A DNA stretch of 64,000 nucleotides from an uncultured bacterium (lineage in GTDB: Bacteria > Babelota > Babeliae > Babelales > Babelaceae), in assembly GCA_963713855.1 (NCBI GenBank), contig OY970209.1, positions 800,001 to 864,000 on the forward strand, read 5' to 3'. A program made the translations under genes and the position numbers. The notes beneath the pieces were generated by a model. It searched no databases, was not told where the DNA came from, and was given only the letters and a program-made list of their open reading frames with translations. Numbering within the stretch: the first letter of the stretch is position 1; each line of letters begins with the position of its first letter. This document shows, piece after piece, positions 38,513 through 50,727 of this stretch.

Positions 38513-40605
38513 ATGAGTATTCCTCTCGAGCGATTTAGAAATATAGGTATAGCAGCTCACATAGATGCGGGTAAAACAACAGTAACAGAACGTATATTGT
38601 TTTATACCGGCGTTTCTCATAAGCTGGGGGAAGTTCATGAGGGCGCAGACAACGACTGACTGGATGGAACAAGAGAAAGAGCGCGGTATAACTATCACGG
38701 CTGCTGCTATAAGCTCTACTTGGAAGAACCACCAAATCAATATCATCGATACGCCTGGGCACGTTGATTTTACCATTGAAGTTGGAAGATCGATTCGTGT
38801 GCTTGATGGTATGATTGCGGTTTTTTGTGGCGTTGGTTGCGTTCAGCCTCAATCTGAGACGGTATGGCGACAAGCTAATCGGTATAAAGTTCCTCGTATT
38901 ATTTTTGTTAATAAATTAGATCGTATTGGCGCTGATTATTTTAAAGTTATCCAAGACGTAAACAATAAGCTACATGCTAATGCAGTAGCTATGCAGCTAC
39001 CTGTTGGTGCCTCTGATCAATTTAAAGGTATAATTGATCTCATGACCATGAAAATGGCCACATTTGGTGAGGGAGAGGATAGGGGTATAACTATCGCTTG
39101 GGGTGAGATACCTGCGGAATATAAAGAGCAAGCTGAAGAACTGCGCCTTAAAATGGTTGAAAAAGCGTGCTGAATTGGATGATGCTTTAACTGGATAAGT
39201 TTCTTAAATGAATAAGAAATCACTATCCCAGAAATTAAAGCAGCGTTACGAAAAGGTGTGATTGCTACGAAAGTTACGCCGGCATTTGCTGGTTCAGCTT
39301 TTAAAAATAAGGGCGTCCAACTTGTGCTTGATGGCTGTGATAGATTATCTTGCCTTCACCTCTTGATATTCCGCCAGTAGAAGGTCTAAATCCGTCAACA
39401 GGTGAGACTGAGATCGTATGACTGATCCTAAAGGTCCTTTTGCCGGCTTAGTATTTAAGATTATGACAGATCCGTTTGTTGGTGTATTAAGCTTTGTTCG
39501 TGTCTATTCGGGTACATTAAAATCAGGTTCATACGTCTATAATCCAAGCAAGGACATCAAAGAGCGTGTCAGCCGCTTAGTTCGTTTGCATGCAAATAAG
39601 CGTGAAGAAATTCAGGAGCTTTGCTGCAGGTGATATTGGCGCAGTGGTAGGTCTTAAAGATCCCGCAACTGGGGATACTATTTGCGATGAACAACATCCA
39701 ATACTGCTTGAAAAAATTGATATACCTGCTCCAGTTATTTCAGCGTCAGTAGAGCCGAATGCAAAGGCTGAGTATGATAAGATGGTTGTTGGCCTTAGAA
39801 AGTTATGCAGGAAGATCCCTCGTTTCAGTTTAGTTATGATAAAGAAACTGCAGCAGACGGTAGTTAGAGGAATGGGTGAGCTTCATCTTGAGATCATCCT
39901 TGATCGCTTAAAGCGCGAGCATAAAGTTGAGGTAACTCAAGGTAAGATGCAAGTTGCGTATAAAGAAACAATTCAAAAACCCGCAGAGTCTGAGGGTAAA
40001 TTTATTCGTCAAACTGGTGGCCATGGACAGTATGGTCACGTATGGTTGACGGTAGAGCCGTTACCGCGAGGTAAGGGATACGAATTTGAGAGTAAGATTG
40101 TTGGTGGAACTGTACCGACGGGAATATATTCCTGCGATACAAAAGGGACTTGAAGAAGCACGATTAACAGGTGTTCTTGCTGGATATCCGGTTGTTGATA
40201 TTAAAGCAAGCCCTTTTGATGGTTCTTATCATGAGGTTGACTCTTCCGAACTTGCCTTTAAGATTGCAAGTCATTATGGCCTTTAAAGCTGCTATGGCTA
40301 AAGCGGATCCTGTGCTGCTTGAGCCTATCATGCGTGTTGAAGTAGAAACGCCTGAAGACCATATGGGTGATGTTATGGGTGACTTGAATGCTCGACGTGG
40401 CCGTATTCTGGGCATGGATGCAAGAGCCGGTTCGCAGTTGATTGTGGCTGAGGTGCCGCTTGCTGCCATGTTTGGTTATGCAACCCAGTTGCGTTCTATG
40501 ACCAAAGGAAGAGCAAGTTACTCAATGGAGTTTGAATGTTACCGTGAGGTTCCGAGCAACGTTCAAGAAGAAGTGATTAGTGGAGCTAAGGCCTCACAGG
40601 GCTGA
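38513..40605 (+). CDS. fusA: Elongation factor G, split by several indels (probable assembly errors)
   Basis: [51 protein letters not shown] and LLEPIM fall in different frames. Confidence 0.93.
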
Positions 40606-40633
40606 GTAATAGTTAACGTTTTTGGAGAAGACG

Positions 40634-41829
40634 ATGGCAACAAAAGGTGAATTTAAACGTACGAAGCCCCACGTTAACGTTGGTACAATTGGCCACGTTG
40701 ACCATGGTAAGACAACTTTAACTGCAGCAATTACCAAAGTCCTTGCTGATAAAGGTCTTGCTGAAGCTTTAAAGTTTGATCAAATTGATAAAGCGCCTGA
40801 GGAAAAGGCGCGCGGTATTACAATTGCAATTTCTCACGTAGAGTATGAGAGTGCAAAACGCCACTATGCGCACGTTGACTGTCCTGGTCACGCTGACTAT
40901 GTTAAAAACATGATCACCGGTGCTGCTCAGATGGATGGCGCGATTTTGGTTGTATCTGCTGCTGATGGCGCAATGCCACAAACACGTGAGCATATTTTGC
41001 TTTCAAAGAACGTTGGTGTACCAACGATTGGTAGTTTTTTTAAATAAGGTTGACATGGTTGACGATGCTGATATGGTCGACATGGTAGAAGAAGAAGTTC
41101 GTGACCTTCTTAAGAAATATGATTTTCCTGGTGGTGAGATTCCGATTATCCGCGGTGCAGCAGCTTAAAGCGCTCAACGGTGACCAGGGTGAGCTTGGTG
41201 CTCAAGCAATTATGAAGCTTATTGAAGCTCTTGATACGTATATCCCTGAGCCACAACGTGAAGTAGATAAGCCATTCTTGATGGCTGTTGAGGGCGTTTT
41301 GAGCATCTCCGGTCGCGGTACCGTCGCAACAGGACGTATTGAGCGCGGACGCATTAAAGTTGGCGACGAAGTTGAAGTACTTGGTTTTGGCGCCAATATG
41401 AAATCTACGGTCACTGGACTTGAGATGTTTCGTAAGAGCTTGAACGAAGGTGAAGCTGGTGATAACATTGGTCTTCTTCTTCGTGGTGCAAAACGCGAAG
41501 AAATTGAGCGTGGGATGGTTATTGCAAAGCCTGGTTCGGTAAAGCCTCACAGCAAGTTCAAAGCTCAAGTATATGTATTGAGTCAAGATGAAGGTGGTCG
41601 TACAACACCATTCTTCACAGGGTATCGTCCACAATTTTATTTCAGAACAACCGACGTGACTGGCAACGTTGCGCTTCCAGCAGGCCGTGAAATGGTTATG
41701 CCTGGTGATAACGTTGAGTTAACGATCGATCTTATTTCTCCAATTGTTATGGAGAAGGACGTTCGTTTTTCTATTCGTGAAGGCGGTAGAACAGTTGGTT
41801 CTGGTGTTGTTACTGAAATTATAGAATAA
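40634..41829 (+). CDS. tuf: Elongation factor Tu, frameshifted near 41030 and 41160
   Basis: [40 protein letters not shown]. Confidence 0.95.
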
Positions 41830-41841
41830 ATAGGCTATTAG

Positions 41842-42150
41842 ATGAAAAAACAAAGAATTCGTCTGACCTTTAGATCATTCGATCATCAGTTGCTTGATAA
41901 AGCTATTAAGCAAGTAGTATTAACGGTAAAAAGAACAGGCTCGCATTTAGTGGGTCCTGTTCCTCTACCCAATAAGTTGCGTTGTTTTACGGTTTTGCGT
42001 TCACCTAATATCGATAAAAAATCGCGTGAGCAGTATGAGCTAACAGACCCACAAGCGTTTATTGGATATTGTACTCTCCTTCTGACCAGACAATGGATGC
42101 TCTTATGAAACTTAAGTATTTCTTCTGGCGTAGATGTTGAAATTAAGTAA
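41842..42150 (+). CDS. rpsJ: 30S ribosomal protein S10 (frameshifted)
   Basis: [25 protein letters not shown]; the GVDVEIK end is in another frame. Confidence 0.93.
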
Positions 42151-42164
42151 GGAGAGCGTCATTC

Positions 42165-42789
42165 ATGATTAAAGGGATTTGGGGTAAAAAAGTTGGAATG
42201 ACCCAAGTATTTTCAGAAGATAACCGTGTTATTCCCGTAACCGTGATCGATGTATCAAATTGGGTCGTCACCCAGGTTAAAACTAAAGATCACGACGGTT
42301 ATAGCGCTGTCAAGTTAGGGCATGTGCGCGACGATTATTCCCAGAAAGAGTTTTCTCAAGAATGGCTTAAAGATAGTAAGAAATATTTTAGTGCCATGAA
42401 GGAAGTGCCTATGCACGATGGTGAACACGGGCTACAAGTTGGCCAGTCAGCTGATGTTGCAGCTATTTTGCTTCAGGGTGATAGTGTTGATGTGACGGGC
42501 ATATCGATAGGTCGTGGATTTCAGGGCGGTATGAAACGACATGGTTTTTCCGGTGGGCGTGAAAGCCACGGATCAAAATTGGGTCGTCGTCCCGGATCAT
42601 TAAGCTTTATGAGAAGGCAAGGGCGTGTTCCTAAAGGAAAGCGTATGCCTGGTCATATGGGAGTTGAGCAATGCGTTATGAAAAACCTTAGAGTAGTTAA
42701 GGTCAACCCTCAAGCGCATGTTGTTTTTATAGGTGGATCCGTTCCAGGTAAAACCGGATCTTTGGTATTTGTTTGTAAACGCGGAATAA
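42165..42789 (+). CDS. rplC: 50S ribosomal protein L3 (stop apparently lost through an indel)
   Basis: [33 protein letters not shown]. Confidence 0.93.
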
Positions 42790-42794
42790 GGATT

Positions 42795-43454
42795 ATGGCT
42801 AAACAAAATAAAGCTAAGTCACCCTCACCGGCAGTAGAAGCGAGCCGCGTTGTGTCCTTTGGCGAACTTGACATTTCGCCCACAGACCTGCCTGATGTAG
42901 CGCCTGTTGCATTTGCTAATTACGTGCGTGCGCTTGTGCAAGGTCAACGGCAAGGAACGGTGGCAAGTAAGAGCCGAGGTCAGGTGGCTTTCTCGAACAA
43001 AAAACCGTGGAAGCAAAAAGGAACTGGCCGTGCTCGTGCAGGTAGCCGGCGCTCTCCGTTATGGCGGAAGGGCGGTACCATTTTTGGACCTCAACCACGT
43101 ATACGGGAGCTCAAAGTTGCTCGTGGCACTAAAACTCAGACGCTTGCAAGCTTATTAAAGCAGGGTATCGAACAAGGACGTGTTATAGCATTGGACTTTG
43201 CTTTGAATGAAGGAAAGCCGAGTACATCTAGAGCGGCGATTGCGCTCAAAAACGCACAAGTTGCTCATGAGCGCGTCATTCTTTTTGTCTCGCCTGAGGA
43301 TACAGTAACTCATGCTTCTTTTAGCAATATACCGCATGTGCATATGCTTTTGTTCGATCAACCAAATGCTTATGCGTTAGCCTCTAGTGATTATTGGATC
43401 TTTTTGTCGAAAGATCAGGAAGCTTTTAAGAAAATGGTTAGTTCATGGATTTAA
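42795..43454 (+). CDS. rplD: 50S ribosomal protein L4
   Basis: [25 protein letters not shown]; own AAGGA RBS. Confidence 0.93.
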   Translation: MAKQNKAKSPSPAVEASRVVSFGELDISPTDLPDVAPVAFANYVRALVQGQRQGTVASKSRGQVAFSNKKPWKQKGTGRARAGSRRSPLWRKGGTIFGPQPRIRELKVARGTKTQTLASLLKQGIEQGRVIALDFALNEGKPSTSRAAIALKNAQVAHERVILFVSPEDTVTHASFSNIPHVHMLLFDQPNAYALASSDYWIFLSKDQEAFKKMVSSWI

Positions 43455-43771
43455 GTATTTATGATATCATAAAAGGACCTTGGGTAACGCCAAAAGCTTA
43501 TGCACTTAATCAGGCATTAAAGAAATTGGTTCTCGAGGTTCACCGCCAAGCAAACAAGCCGATGGTTGCTGAGGCGCTAAAAAAACTTTTTAATGTAGAA
43601 ACAGAAACTATACGCGTAGTGCTTGTTAAAGGCAAAAGGCGCCGTAGTGGTCGCCATACAACCTTTAGTAAAGATCGCAAAAAAGCGGTCATAACCCTGA
43701 AAGCAGGCTATTCAGCGGATCTTTCGGGATGGTCCTCCGCTCCTGCCGAAAGTGCTCGGCAGTGGGCATGA
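43445..43771 (+). CDS. rplW: 50S ribosomal protein L23
   Basis: ANKPMV...[18 protein letters not shown]; operon position. Confidence 0.93.
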   Translation: MDLSIYDIIKGPWVTPKAYALNQALKKLVLEVHRQANKPMVAEALKKLFNVETETIRVVLVKGKRRRSGRHTTFSKDRKKAVITLKAGYSADLSGWSSAPAESARQWA

Positions 43772-43791
43772 GCTTATAGTATGGAGGTACA

Positions 43792-44608
43792 ATGACTATT
43801 AGAACAAGAAAACCTGAAAACGCGTCTCTGCGCTTTCAAACATTCGTTGATACAAGTGATATAACAAAAAAGACTCCAGAACGCCGCTTGGTAAAAGGTA
43901 TTCGTAAAAGCGGTGGCCGTAATGCATTTGGTCGCATGACGGTGCGTGGTCGTGGTGGAGGTGCTCCGCGTAAATATCGTATTATAGATTTTGCCGTGTG
44001 GAACGTGATGTTCCTGGTAGGGTGACGACAATGGAATATGATCCTAATCGTAACGTGCGCATAGGACTTGTTGCATATCGTAATGGTGCAAAGCATTATA
44101 TGCTTATTCCATTAGGGATATCTAGTAGGCTCGACCGTTATAGCTGGTCGTGAGATGGAGCCACGTGAAGGTAATAGTTTACCGTTGCGCAATATACCCC
44201 TCGGCTTTACGGTACATAATGTTGAAACTACGCCCGGATCAGGTGGAAAACTAGCGCGTAGTGCGGGAACTGGTATACAGCTTACTGCTAAAGAAGATGA
44301 TTACGCTATATTGAAAATGCCATCGGGTGAGATACGAAAAGTACACCTTGATATGCTGGGCGACGGTTGGCACTTTAGGAAATCCCGATTACAAAAATAT
44401 TACTTGGGGCAAGGCTGGTCGTTCACGGTATTTGGGTAAAAGGCCATTGACCCGTGGTATTGCGAAGAACCCAATTGACCACCCACTTGGTGGTGGTGAA
44501 GGACGCTCTAAGTCTGGTAAACATCCTCAATCTCCGACAGGTAAAGGAAGTAAGGGTACTAAGACAAGACGTCGTGAAAGTGCATTGATTATTAAGAGAA
44601 GAAAATAA
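43792..44608 (+). CDS. rplB: 50S ribosomal protein L2 (frameshifted)
   Basis: [38 protein letters not shown]. Confidence 0.93.
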
Positions 44609-44628
44609 AAACATTGAGGTAAGAAAGG

Positions 44629-44916
44629 ATGGCTCGATCTGCTAAAAAAGGACCGTATGTCCAAGATTCTTTAAAAGGCAAAATTCAGCGTATTAAGACG
44701 AGCGGTAAACGCGAAGTTATTAAAACCTGGTCACGGGGCAGTATGGTTACTCCTGAATTTGTGGGCTTGACGTTTGCTGTACATGATGGAAAACGCTTTA
44801 TACAAGTGTATATTACTGAAAACATGGTTGGGCACCGCCTTGGTGAGTTTGCTCCTACAAGAACGTTTAGAATGCATAGTGGCCAACGAAAAGCTGCTAC
44901 TGCTGCGACGACCTAA
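44629..44916 (+). CDS. rpsS: 30S ribosomal protein S19
   Basis: [19 protein letters not shown]. Confidence 0.97.
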   Translation: MARSAKKGPYVQDSLKGKIQRIKTSGKREVIKTWSRGSMVTPEFVGLTFAVHDGKRFIQVYITENMVGHRLGEFAPTRTFRMHSGQRKAATAATT

Positions 44917-44985
44917 AGGTGCAAGGTTTGCCGAAGGTGGCACATTATGTATATAATGAGCACTATGGTAAAATAAAGGTTTGCT

Positions 44986-45348
44986 ATGGATTTTGTTGCG
45001 AAAGCTTTGTATATTCCCTATTCTCCGTATAAGTTAAGACCTCTTGCAAGCGTGATGCGCGGAAAGAGGTCGGTTTTGTATGCCCTGCAGGTGGCTTAAC
45101 GTGTATAAAAGTAAGCGTTCCGTACCTCTAAAAAAAGCACTTGAATCGGCGGTTGCTAATGCGCGTAATTTAAAAAATCTTGATCCTCAGGAACTTCTGA
45201 TTAAAGAGATTTGTGTTGACCAAGGTCCTATTCATCGCTATTTCAAGCCCGGAGCGTATGGGACGAGCTAATGTTCAGACGCAAGAGGATCTTGTCACAT
45301 TACCGTTAAGCTTGTTGAGGCCCAAAGTAAAGAAGGATCCAAACATAA
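44986..45348 (+). CDS. rplV: 50S ribosomal protein L22 (frameshifted)
   Basis: SPYKLR, KALESAVANA, VDQGP, HITV. Confidence 0.88.
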
Positions 45349-45358
45349 AGGAATGACC

Positions 45359-46003
45359 GTGGGACAAAAGGTTAACCCAATCAGTTTTCGTCTTGGTGTG
45401 TATCGCACCTGGAATTCGCGCTGGTTTCCGCGTAGTGCGGCAAAGTATGCGCAGAATTTTTTTGAAGACATAGAAATTCGCGATTTTTTCCAAAAGAATT
45501 TTTCCGGGGCGCAAATTGACGATATAATCATCGAAAAGACGGATGACTTTCTGCGTATTACTCTCCATGCTGCTCACCCAGGTGTGCTTATTGGAAAAAA
45601 AGGCTCCGAGATGGAAGCTATTAAAAAACGGCTTGCTGACCGTTTAGGTAGATCAAACGTAGAAGTGTCAGTGCAGGAAGTTAAAATGCCTGATATTTCT
45701 GCTTTTTTGGTTGCCAAAAGTATAGCTGAGCAGCTTGAAAGAAGAGGAAGCCACAAAAAGGCTATGAAGAAGGCGGCTTCTAGCGCTATGCGTTCTGGAG
45801 CTGAGGGAATTAAGATCCAAGTTAGGGGTCGCGTTGGTGGAGCAGAAATTGCTCGTGCTGAAAAGCTTTTTATAGGTAGAGTACCTCTTCATACTTTGCG
45901 CCAAGATATAGATTACGGTTTTTGTGAAGCCCAGACTACGTTTGGAAAGATCGGCGTTAAGGTGTGGATTAGCAAGGGCGTATATAGAGCTGTCAAAGAT
46001 TAG
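45359..46003 (+). CDS. rpsC: 30S ribosomal protein S3
   Basis: [29 protein letters not shown]. Confidence 0.96.
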   Translation: MGQKVNPISFRLGVYRTWNSRWFPRSAAKYAQNFFEDIEIRDFFQKNFSGAQIDDIIIEKTDDFLRITLHAAHPGVLIGKKGSEMEAIKKRLADRLGRSNVEVSVQEVKMPDISAFLVAKSIAEQLERRGSHKKAMKKAASSAMRSGAEGIKIQVRGRVGGAEIARAEKLFIGRVPLHTLRQDIDYGFCEAQTTFGKIGVKVWISKGVYRAVKD

Positions 46004-46014
46004 CGAGGTACACC

Positions 46015-46457
46015 ATGTTAATGCCAAGAAAAATGAGATACCGCAAAGTACAAAGGGGCACTAGAGCAGGTCGCTCTAAAGGTGCTCGTACTGTTATTTT
46101 TGGCGAGTACGGTTTACAGGCCGTTGAGCCCGTTTGGCTAACAGCCAAACAAATAGAGGCTATGAGGGTTACTATCACTCGTAAGCTCAAGAAAATAGGA
46201 AAGCTCTTTTTGCGAGTGTTTCCTGATAAGCCTATAAGTAAAAAGCCTGCTGAGACCCGGATGGGTAAAGGTAAGGGAGCGGTTGAAGAATGGGTAGCTG
46301 TTGTCAAGCGCGATAGAATAATTTGTGAAGTAGCTGGTCTTGATGAGCGACAGCAAAACAAGTGCTTCGGTCTGCGACCTATAAGCTTCCTATGAAGACC
46401 CGAATTGTTAAGATTGAAAAGCAAGAATCACCAGAAGCTGCAACGGGAGTCTCATGA
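46015..46457 (+). CDS. rplP: 50S ribosomal protein L16 (C-terminal frameshift)
   Basis: [23 protein letters not shown] in the shifted frame. Confidence 0.94.
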
Positions 46458-46667
46458 AAATTAAAACGGTGAAAAGCGAGCTTAAGCAGTTGCCTAAGGA
46501 CCAGCTTGAAGTTGAAGTTAGACGAATTGCGACGCGAACTTTTAACTCTCCGGTTGCAGTCAGCTACGTCAAATGTAAAGTCGTTTCCTTCGCAAAAAGG
46601 GAAATTAAGGTACGCAATTGCGTGTGGTTTAACATTCTTAAAACAAAAGAAAGCGTCCAAAGCATAA
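46454..46667 (+). CDS. rpmC: 50S ribosomal protein L29 (frameshifted)
   Basis: The shifted frame reads ELRRELLTLRLQ...LRYAIACGLT; operon position. Confidence 0.85.
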
Positions 46668-46677
46668 TTGAGTTATT

Positions 46678-46971
46678 ATGGTAGAACAACAAAAGACACA
46701 AGTTTCTGAGGCTAAACCAATAAAGCGCGCGCTTACGGGCAAGGTTGTTTCAGATAAAATGAATAAGACGATTGTCGTCCGCGTAGAGAGAACTTATTTG
46801 CATCCTCGATGGAACAAGGTAGTTCGCTCAAGTAAAAGTTATAAGGTTCATGACGAAACCGCTCAAGCTCGTAAGGGTGATATCGTCAAGATTTATGAGG
46901 GACGTCCACAATCAAAGACTAAATATATGTACTTAGATGCTATTATTCAGTCTTCGGGACAGAAAGTATAA
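46678..46971 (+). CDS. rpsQ: 30S ribosomal protein S17
   Basis: GKVVSDKMNKTIVV, YKVHDE, RPQSKTK. Confidence 0.96.
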   Translation: MVEQQKTQVSEAKPIKRALTGKVVSDKMNKTIVVRVERTYLHPRWNKVVRSSKSYKVHDETAQARKGDIVKIYEGRPQSKTKYMYLDAIIQSSGQKV

Positions 46972-46983
46972 AAAGAGGTTATT

Positions 46984-47355
46984 ATGATTCAAAAGGAATC
47001 ATACTTAGAAGTTGGCGATAATTCGGGAGCAAAAGTTTTAAAGTGTATTCACCTTGTAGGAAGTACGCGTAAAAGATATGGCTACATTGGTGACATTATT
47101 CGTTGTTCGGTTAAAGTTGCTGCTCCTGGAGGCCAAGTTAAAAAGGGTGACGTGGTAACAGCGGTTATCGTTCGCACAGCAAAGGAATTTCGTCGCGAGG
47201 ATGGCAGCTATATTCGCTTTAGCGAAAATGCTGCAGTGCTTATTAAATCGGTAGACGATACAACCCCTTTAGGCACGCGTATTTTTGGCCCTATTGCACG
47301 CGAAATTAAAGCGATGAGTGCAAAGATTCCTTCGTTAGCACCAGAAGTATTCTAG
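46984..47355 (+). CDS. rplN: 50S ribosomal protein L14
   Basis: DNSGAK, GTRIFGP, SLAPEV. Confidence 0.97.
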   Translation: MIQKESYLEVGDNSGAKVLKCIHLVGSTRKRYGYIGDIIRCSVKVAAPGGQVKKGDVVTAVIVRTAKEFRREDGSYIRFSENAAVLIKSVDDTTPLGTRIFGPIAREIKAMSAKIPSLAPEVF

Positions 47356-47368
47356 GGAAGGATATACA

Positions 47369-47683
47369 ATGGCACGTATTAAAAAGAATGACACAGTGTG
47401 GGTTTTAAGAGGTAAAGAAAAAGGCAAACGCGGTACGGTATTGGTTGTTGACCCCAAAGCGGGCACGATCCTTGTAAAAGGTGTCAACATGGCAGTACAT
47501 CACGTAAAGCGAACGCAAGGCAAAGAAGGCGCTGGTCTTCGTCGTGAAGAAGCGTTTTTAGATGCATCTAAGGTTATGCCTGTATGCGTATCGTGTGATA
47601 AGCCTTGCCGAGTCAACTTTACTCTTTCTACCGAAAAGGCTGAGAAAGCACGTACGTGCAATCGATGCCAAGCAACATTTTAA
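47369..47683 (+). CDS. rplX: 50S ribosomal protein L24
   Basis: KOW motif IKKNDTV...GKEKGKRG. Confidence 0.95.
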   Translation: MARIKKNDTVWVLRGKEKGKRGTVLVVDPKAGTILVKGVNMAVHHVKRTQGKEGAGLRREEAFLDASKVMPVCVSCDKPCRVNFTLSTEKAEKARTCNRCQATF

Positions 47684-47696
47684 AAGGATATAAGGT

Positions 47697-48241
47697 ATGG
47701 CAAAGGCTCGCTTGGAAAAGCTTTACGTAGATGATATTCGCCCACGCATACAGAAAGAACTTAAGCTTAACAATGTTATGGAAACACCTAAGATTTCGAA
47801 AATTGTCCTTAACGTAGGTGTTAAAGAAGCTGTGGCTGATAGCAGAGCTTTACAGCACGTTGCTCAGATACTTGCGTCAATAGCAGGTCAAGCTCCCGTA
47901 AAAACGCTCGCTAAAAAATCTATTGCAGGTTTTAAAATTAGAGAAGGCATGCAGCTTGGTGTACGAGTGACATTGCGTCGTCAAGCAATGTATGCTTTTC
48001 TTGATAAGTTGGTAAATCTTGCGCTTCCTAAAGTACGTGACTTCCATGGAGTGCCTTTAAAGCTAGATGGTCGAGGTAACTATAATTTAGGTATTAAGGA
48101 TTGTACGATTTTTCCAGAGACCGAATCCTTCCGGCTGATAAGTCTTATGGTATGAATATTACTATTCATACAACAGCGCATACAGATGAGCATGGCCGAG
48201 AGCTTCTTAAAGGTTTTGGTATGCCGTTTCGTAAATCATAA
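47697..48241 (+). CDS. rplE: 50S ribosomal protein L5 (C-terminal frameshift)
   Basis: [34 protein letters not shown]...FGMPF in the shifted frame. Confidence 0.94.
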
Positions 48242-48256
48242 AAACAAGGAAGATTC

Positions 48257-48443
48257 ATGGCTCGTAAGGCGCTTGTAGAAAAAACCAAAGGAACACCGAA
48301 GTTTAGTGTTAGGCATAGAAATCGCTGCAAATTGTGCGGTAGACCGCGTGGATACATGAGACTTTTTCAAAATCTGCCGTCTTTGTTTTCGCCATCATGC
48401 TTCTTTTGGAAATTTAACCGGTGTTAAGAAAACAAGCTGGTAA
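48257..48443 (+). CDS. rpsZ: 30S ribosomal protein S14 type Z (Zn-binding; one extra base)
   Basis: RCKLCGRPRGY...ICRLCFR...GVKKTSW. Confidence 0.92.
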
Positions 48444-48463
48444 GTAAATAAGAGGGTTTTTAA

Positions 48464-48846
48464 ATGTCCAGTTGATTCTATTGGCGATTTTTTGACAATA
48501 CTACGTAATGGGGTAAAAGCTTCACATTCCTTTGTGACAGCGCCTTATTCACGCATACGTCAAAACATTGCACAGATTTTAAAAGATGAGGGCTTTATTA
48601 GGGACTTTGCCGTTGAGGAAGGTTCTATTAAAGTATTTTTGAAGTACGTAGAGGGTGAATCCGTCATTCATGAAATTAAACGTATGAGTAAGCCTGGGCG
48701 TAGGCGCTATGAGGGCTATAAAAACCTTGAACCAGTTATTGGTGGATTGGGTATTTCAATCATTACCACAAGTCAGGGTGTTATAACCGATAGAGAGGCT
48801 CGTCAAAAATGCTGTTGGTGGCGAAGTTATCTGTACTGTCTGGTAA
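48464..48846 (+). CDS. rpsH: 30S ribosomal protein S8 (frameshifted)
   Basis: DSIGDFLTILRN, SKPGRRRY, GLGISIITTSQG, GGEVICTVW. Confidence 0.92.
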
Positions 48847-48857
48847 AGGTTGTAACT

Positions 48858-49398
48858 ATGTCAAAGATTGGAAGAAGACCCATTGATCTTTCGAGTACTC
48901 AGGTAGAAGTTAAAGGCAATGAGGTTCATATCAAAGGCAAAAAAGCTTCTGGGGTTCATATTTTGCCGCACGAACTTAAAGCAGAGGTCGTCAATAAGCA
49001 ACTGTTTAACCTTAGCTCGTCTCCTTCTAAAAGGGGTAAGGAGCAATGGGGGCTTCATAGAGCTTTACTAGCAAATGAAGTTAAAGGCGCTGATCAAGGT
49101 TTTGAAAAGCAATTAAGGATTGTGGGACTTAGGTTTTAAAGCTGCTACAGTAGGCAAAAGCTTCAATTTTCATTGGGCTTTAGCCATAAGATAGATTTTA
49201 GCCTTCCTGCTGGGGTAACGGTTGAGATTGATAAAACAGGCCAGCTTTTGACGTTCAAGTCCTCCAATAAAGAGCTTCTTGGTCTAGTATGCGGTCAAAT
49301 TAGAGCTTTAAGACCGCCTGAGCCTTATAAAGGCACAGGTATTCAGTACACAACAGAAGTTATACTAAGTAAACCAGGTAAAGACGAAATCTGCGTAA
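48858..49398 (+). CDS. rplF: 50S ribosomal protein L6 (frameshifted)
   Basis: MSKIGRRPI, GFSH, RPPEPYKGTGI. Confidence 0.93.
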
Positions 49399-49417
49399 TA
49401 AGTAATGGAGTAAGACT

Positions 49418-49768
49418 GTGTCTTTAATGAGAAAGATTAAGCATCGTGTGCAACGAAGAGAAATGAGAGTTCGTCAGCGTATTTCTTATGATCGTCCTCG
49501 TGTTTCTGTATTTCGTAGTTTGCATCACGTTTATGCACAGATTATTGATGATAATGAATCTAAGACACTAGCGAGTGCTTCTTCGTTAGAGCTTGACACG
49601 TTAAAGGGCGATAAAAAGAAAGTTGCGCATGCTGTTGGCTTAGAGCTTGCAAAAAGAGCTCAGAAAAAGGGCATTAGCGCTGTAGCTTTTGATCGTGGTT
49701 CCTTTAAGTTTCATGGCCGTGTGAAGGCTTTGGCGGATGGGCTACGTGAAGGTGGACTTGAGTTTTAA
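49418..49768 (+). CDS. rplR: 50S ribosomal protein L18
   Basis: RPRVSVFRS, FDRGSFKFHGRVKALADG. Confidence 0.96.
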   Translation: MSLMRKIKHRVQRREMRVRQRISYDRPRVSVFRSLHHVYAQIIDDNESKTLASASSLELDTLKGDKKKVAHAVGLELAKRAQKKGISAVAFDRGSFKFHGRVKALADGLREGGLEF

Positions 49769-49785
49769 CTAAATGGGATAAAATA

Positions 49786-50292
49786 ATGGCAGAAAAAACA
49801 TTTGTTGACACCGTCGTTAGTGTAAACCGTGTCACAAAGGTAACGCAGGGAGGAAAACGTTTTTCGTTCTCGGCATTTGTAGTATCAGGAAACCAACAGG
49901 GTAACGTTGGTATTGGACTGGGAAAAAGTAGAGAAGTTTCTTCTGCTATTGCAAAAGCAACCGCCCTTGCAAGAAAAAACCTTATAAAAATATCATTACG
50001 CGGGAATACGGTCCCTTACGAAGTAACAGGTAGCCATTGCGCAACAGAAGTTATTATACGCCCTGCATGTAAGGGAACTGGGCTTATTGCCGGTGGTTCT
50101 GTCCGAGCAGTTATGAAGGCCTTAGGAGTTACTGATGTCCTTGCAAAGACCGTGGGTCCTTCTCGTTGCGGTCAGAATGTGGTTAAAGCGACGTTGAATG
50201 CTTTGGCGCAATGTCGAAATGCTGAGCATTTGGCAAAACTGAGGGGAAAAACAATTAAAGAAATTGCAAGGGGATGCCATGTTAAAGCTTAA
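49786..50292 (+). CDS. rpsE: 30S ribosomal protein S5
   Basis: RVTKVTQGGKRFSF, GTGLIAGG. Confidence 0.96.
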   Translation: MAEKTFVDTVVSVNRVTKVTQGGKRFSFSAFVVSGNQQGNVGIGLGKSREVSSAIAKATALARKNLIKISLRGNTVPYEVTGSHCATEVIIRPACKGTGLIAGGSVRAVMKALGVTDVLAKTVGPSRCGQNVVKATLNALAQCRNAEHLAKLRGKTIKEIARGCHVKA

Positions 50293-50713
50293 TAATTTGG
50301 CCTCGGCGGGAAAAAGACGTAAAAGAATAGGACGCGGTGGTGCTCGAGGCGGGACATCCGGTCGTGGTTTTGGTGGTCAAAAGGCACGTACTGGTGCTGG
50401 GGTAGGAGTACTCTTTGAAGGTGGCCAGATGCCTTTAATCCGACGATTACCAAAGCGCGGTTTTTCGAATGCTCGTTTTAAAACACGCTACGTCGTTGTT
50501 TCTCTTGATCGATTAAATACATTGGCAGAAAAAAATCAAACAATAGTTTTTGATTTTGCGGAACCTGTTAAGGTTTTGGGTAGTGGGAAACTTACTAAAA
50601 ATGTGGTAGTCCATGCTCAAGCGTTTAGTGCATCGGCGCGTGAAGCCATCGAACGAGCTGGCGGTAAAGCGTTAATAACGGGCACTGAAGGGCAATCAAA
50701 TAACAATCGATAA
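50279..50713 (+). CDS. rplO: 50S ribosomal protein L15
   Basis: RIGRG, GQKAR, FEGGQMPLIRRLPKRGF. Confidence 0.96.
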   Translation: MLKLNNLASAGKRRKRIGRGGARGGTSGRGFGGQKARTGAGVGVLFEGGQMPLIRRLPKRGFSNARFKTRYVVVSLDRLNTLAEKNQTIVFDFAEPVKVLGSGKLTKNVVVHAQAFSASAREAIERAGGKALITGTEGQSNNNR

Positions 50714-50727
50714 GCGAGGGGTAGAGT

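Noticed and set aside
42165..43454. Apparent L3-L4 fusion protein
   Set aside because: Removing one A (cgcggaataagg to cgcggataagg) restores a TAA stop. rplD has its own RBS and the site lies in the indel-rich zone.
48492..49139. Apparent S8-L6 fusion (and rplV read-through into rpsC)
   Set aside because: The canonical S8 end GGEVICTVW* is present in another frame, so these are indel artefacts.
38513..49398. Programmed frameshifting or true pseudogenes in ribosomal genes
   Set aside because: The indels have no common slippery context and hit essential genes within one bounded segment; sequencing error is far more likely.
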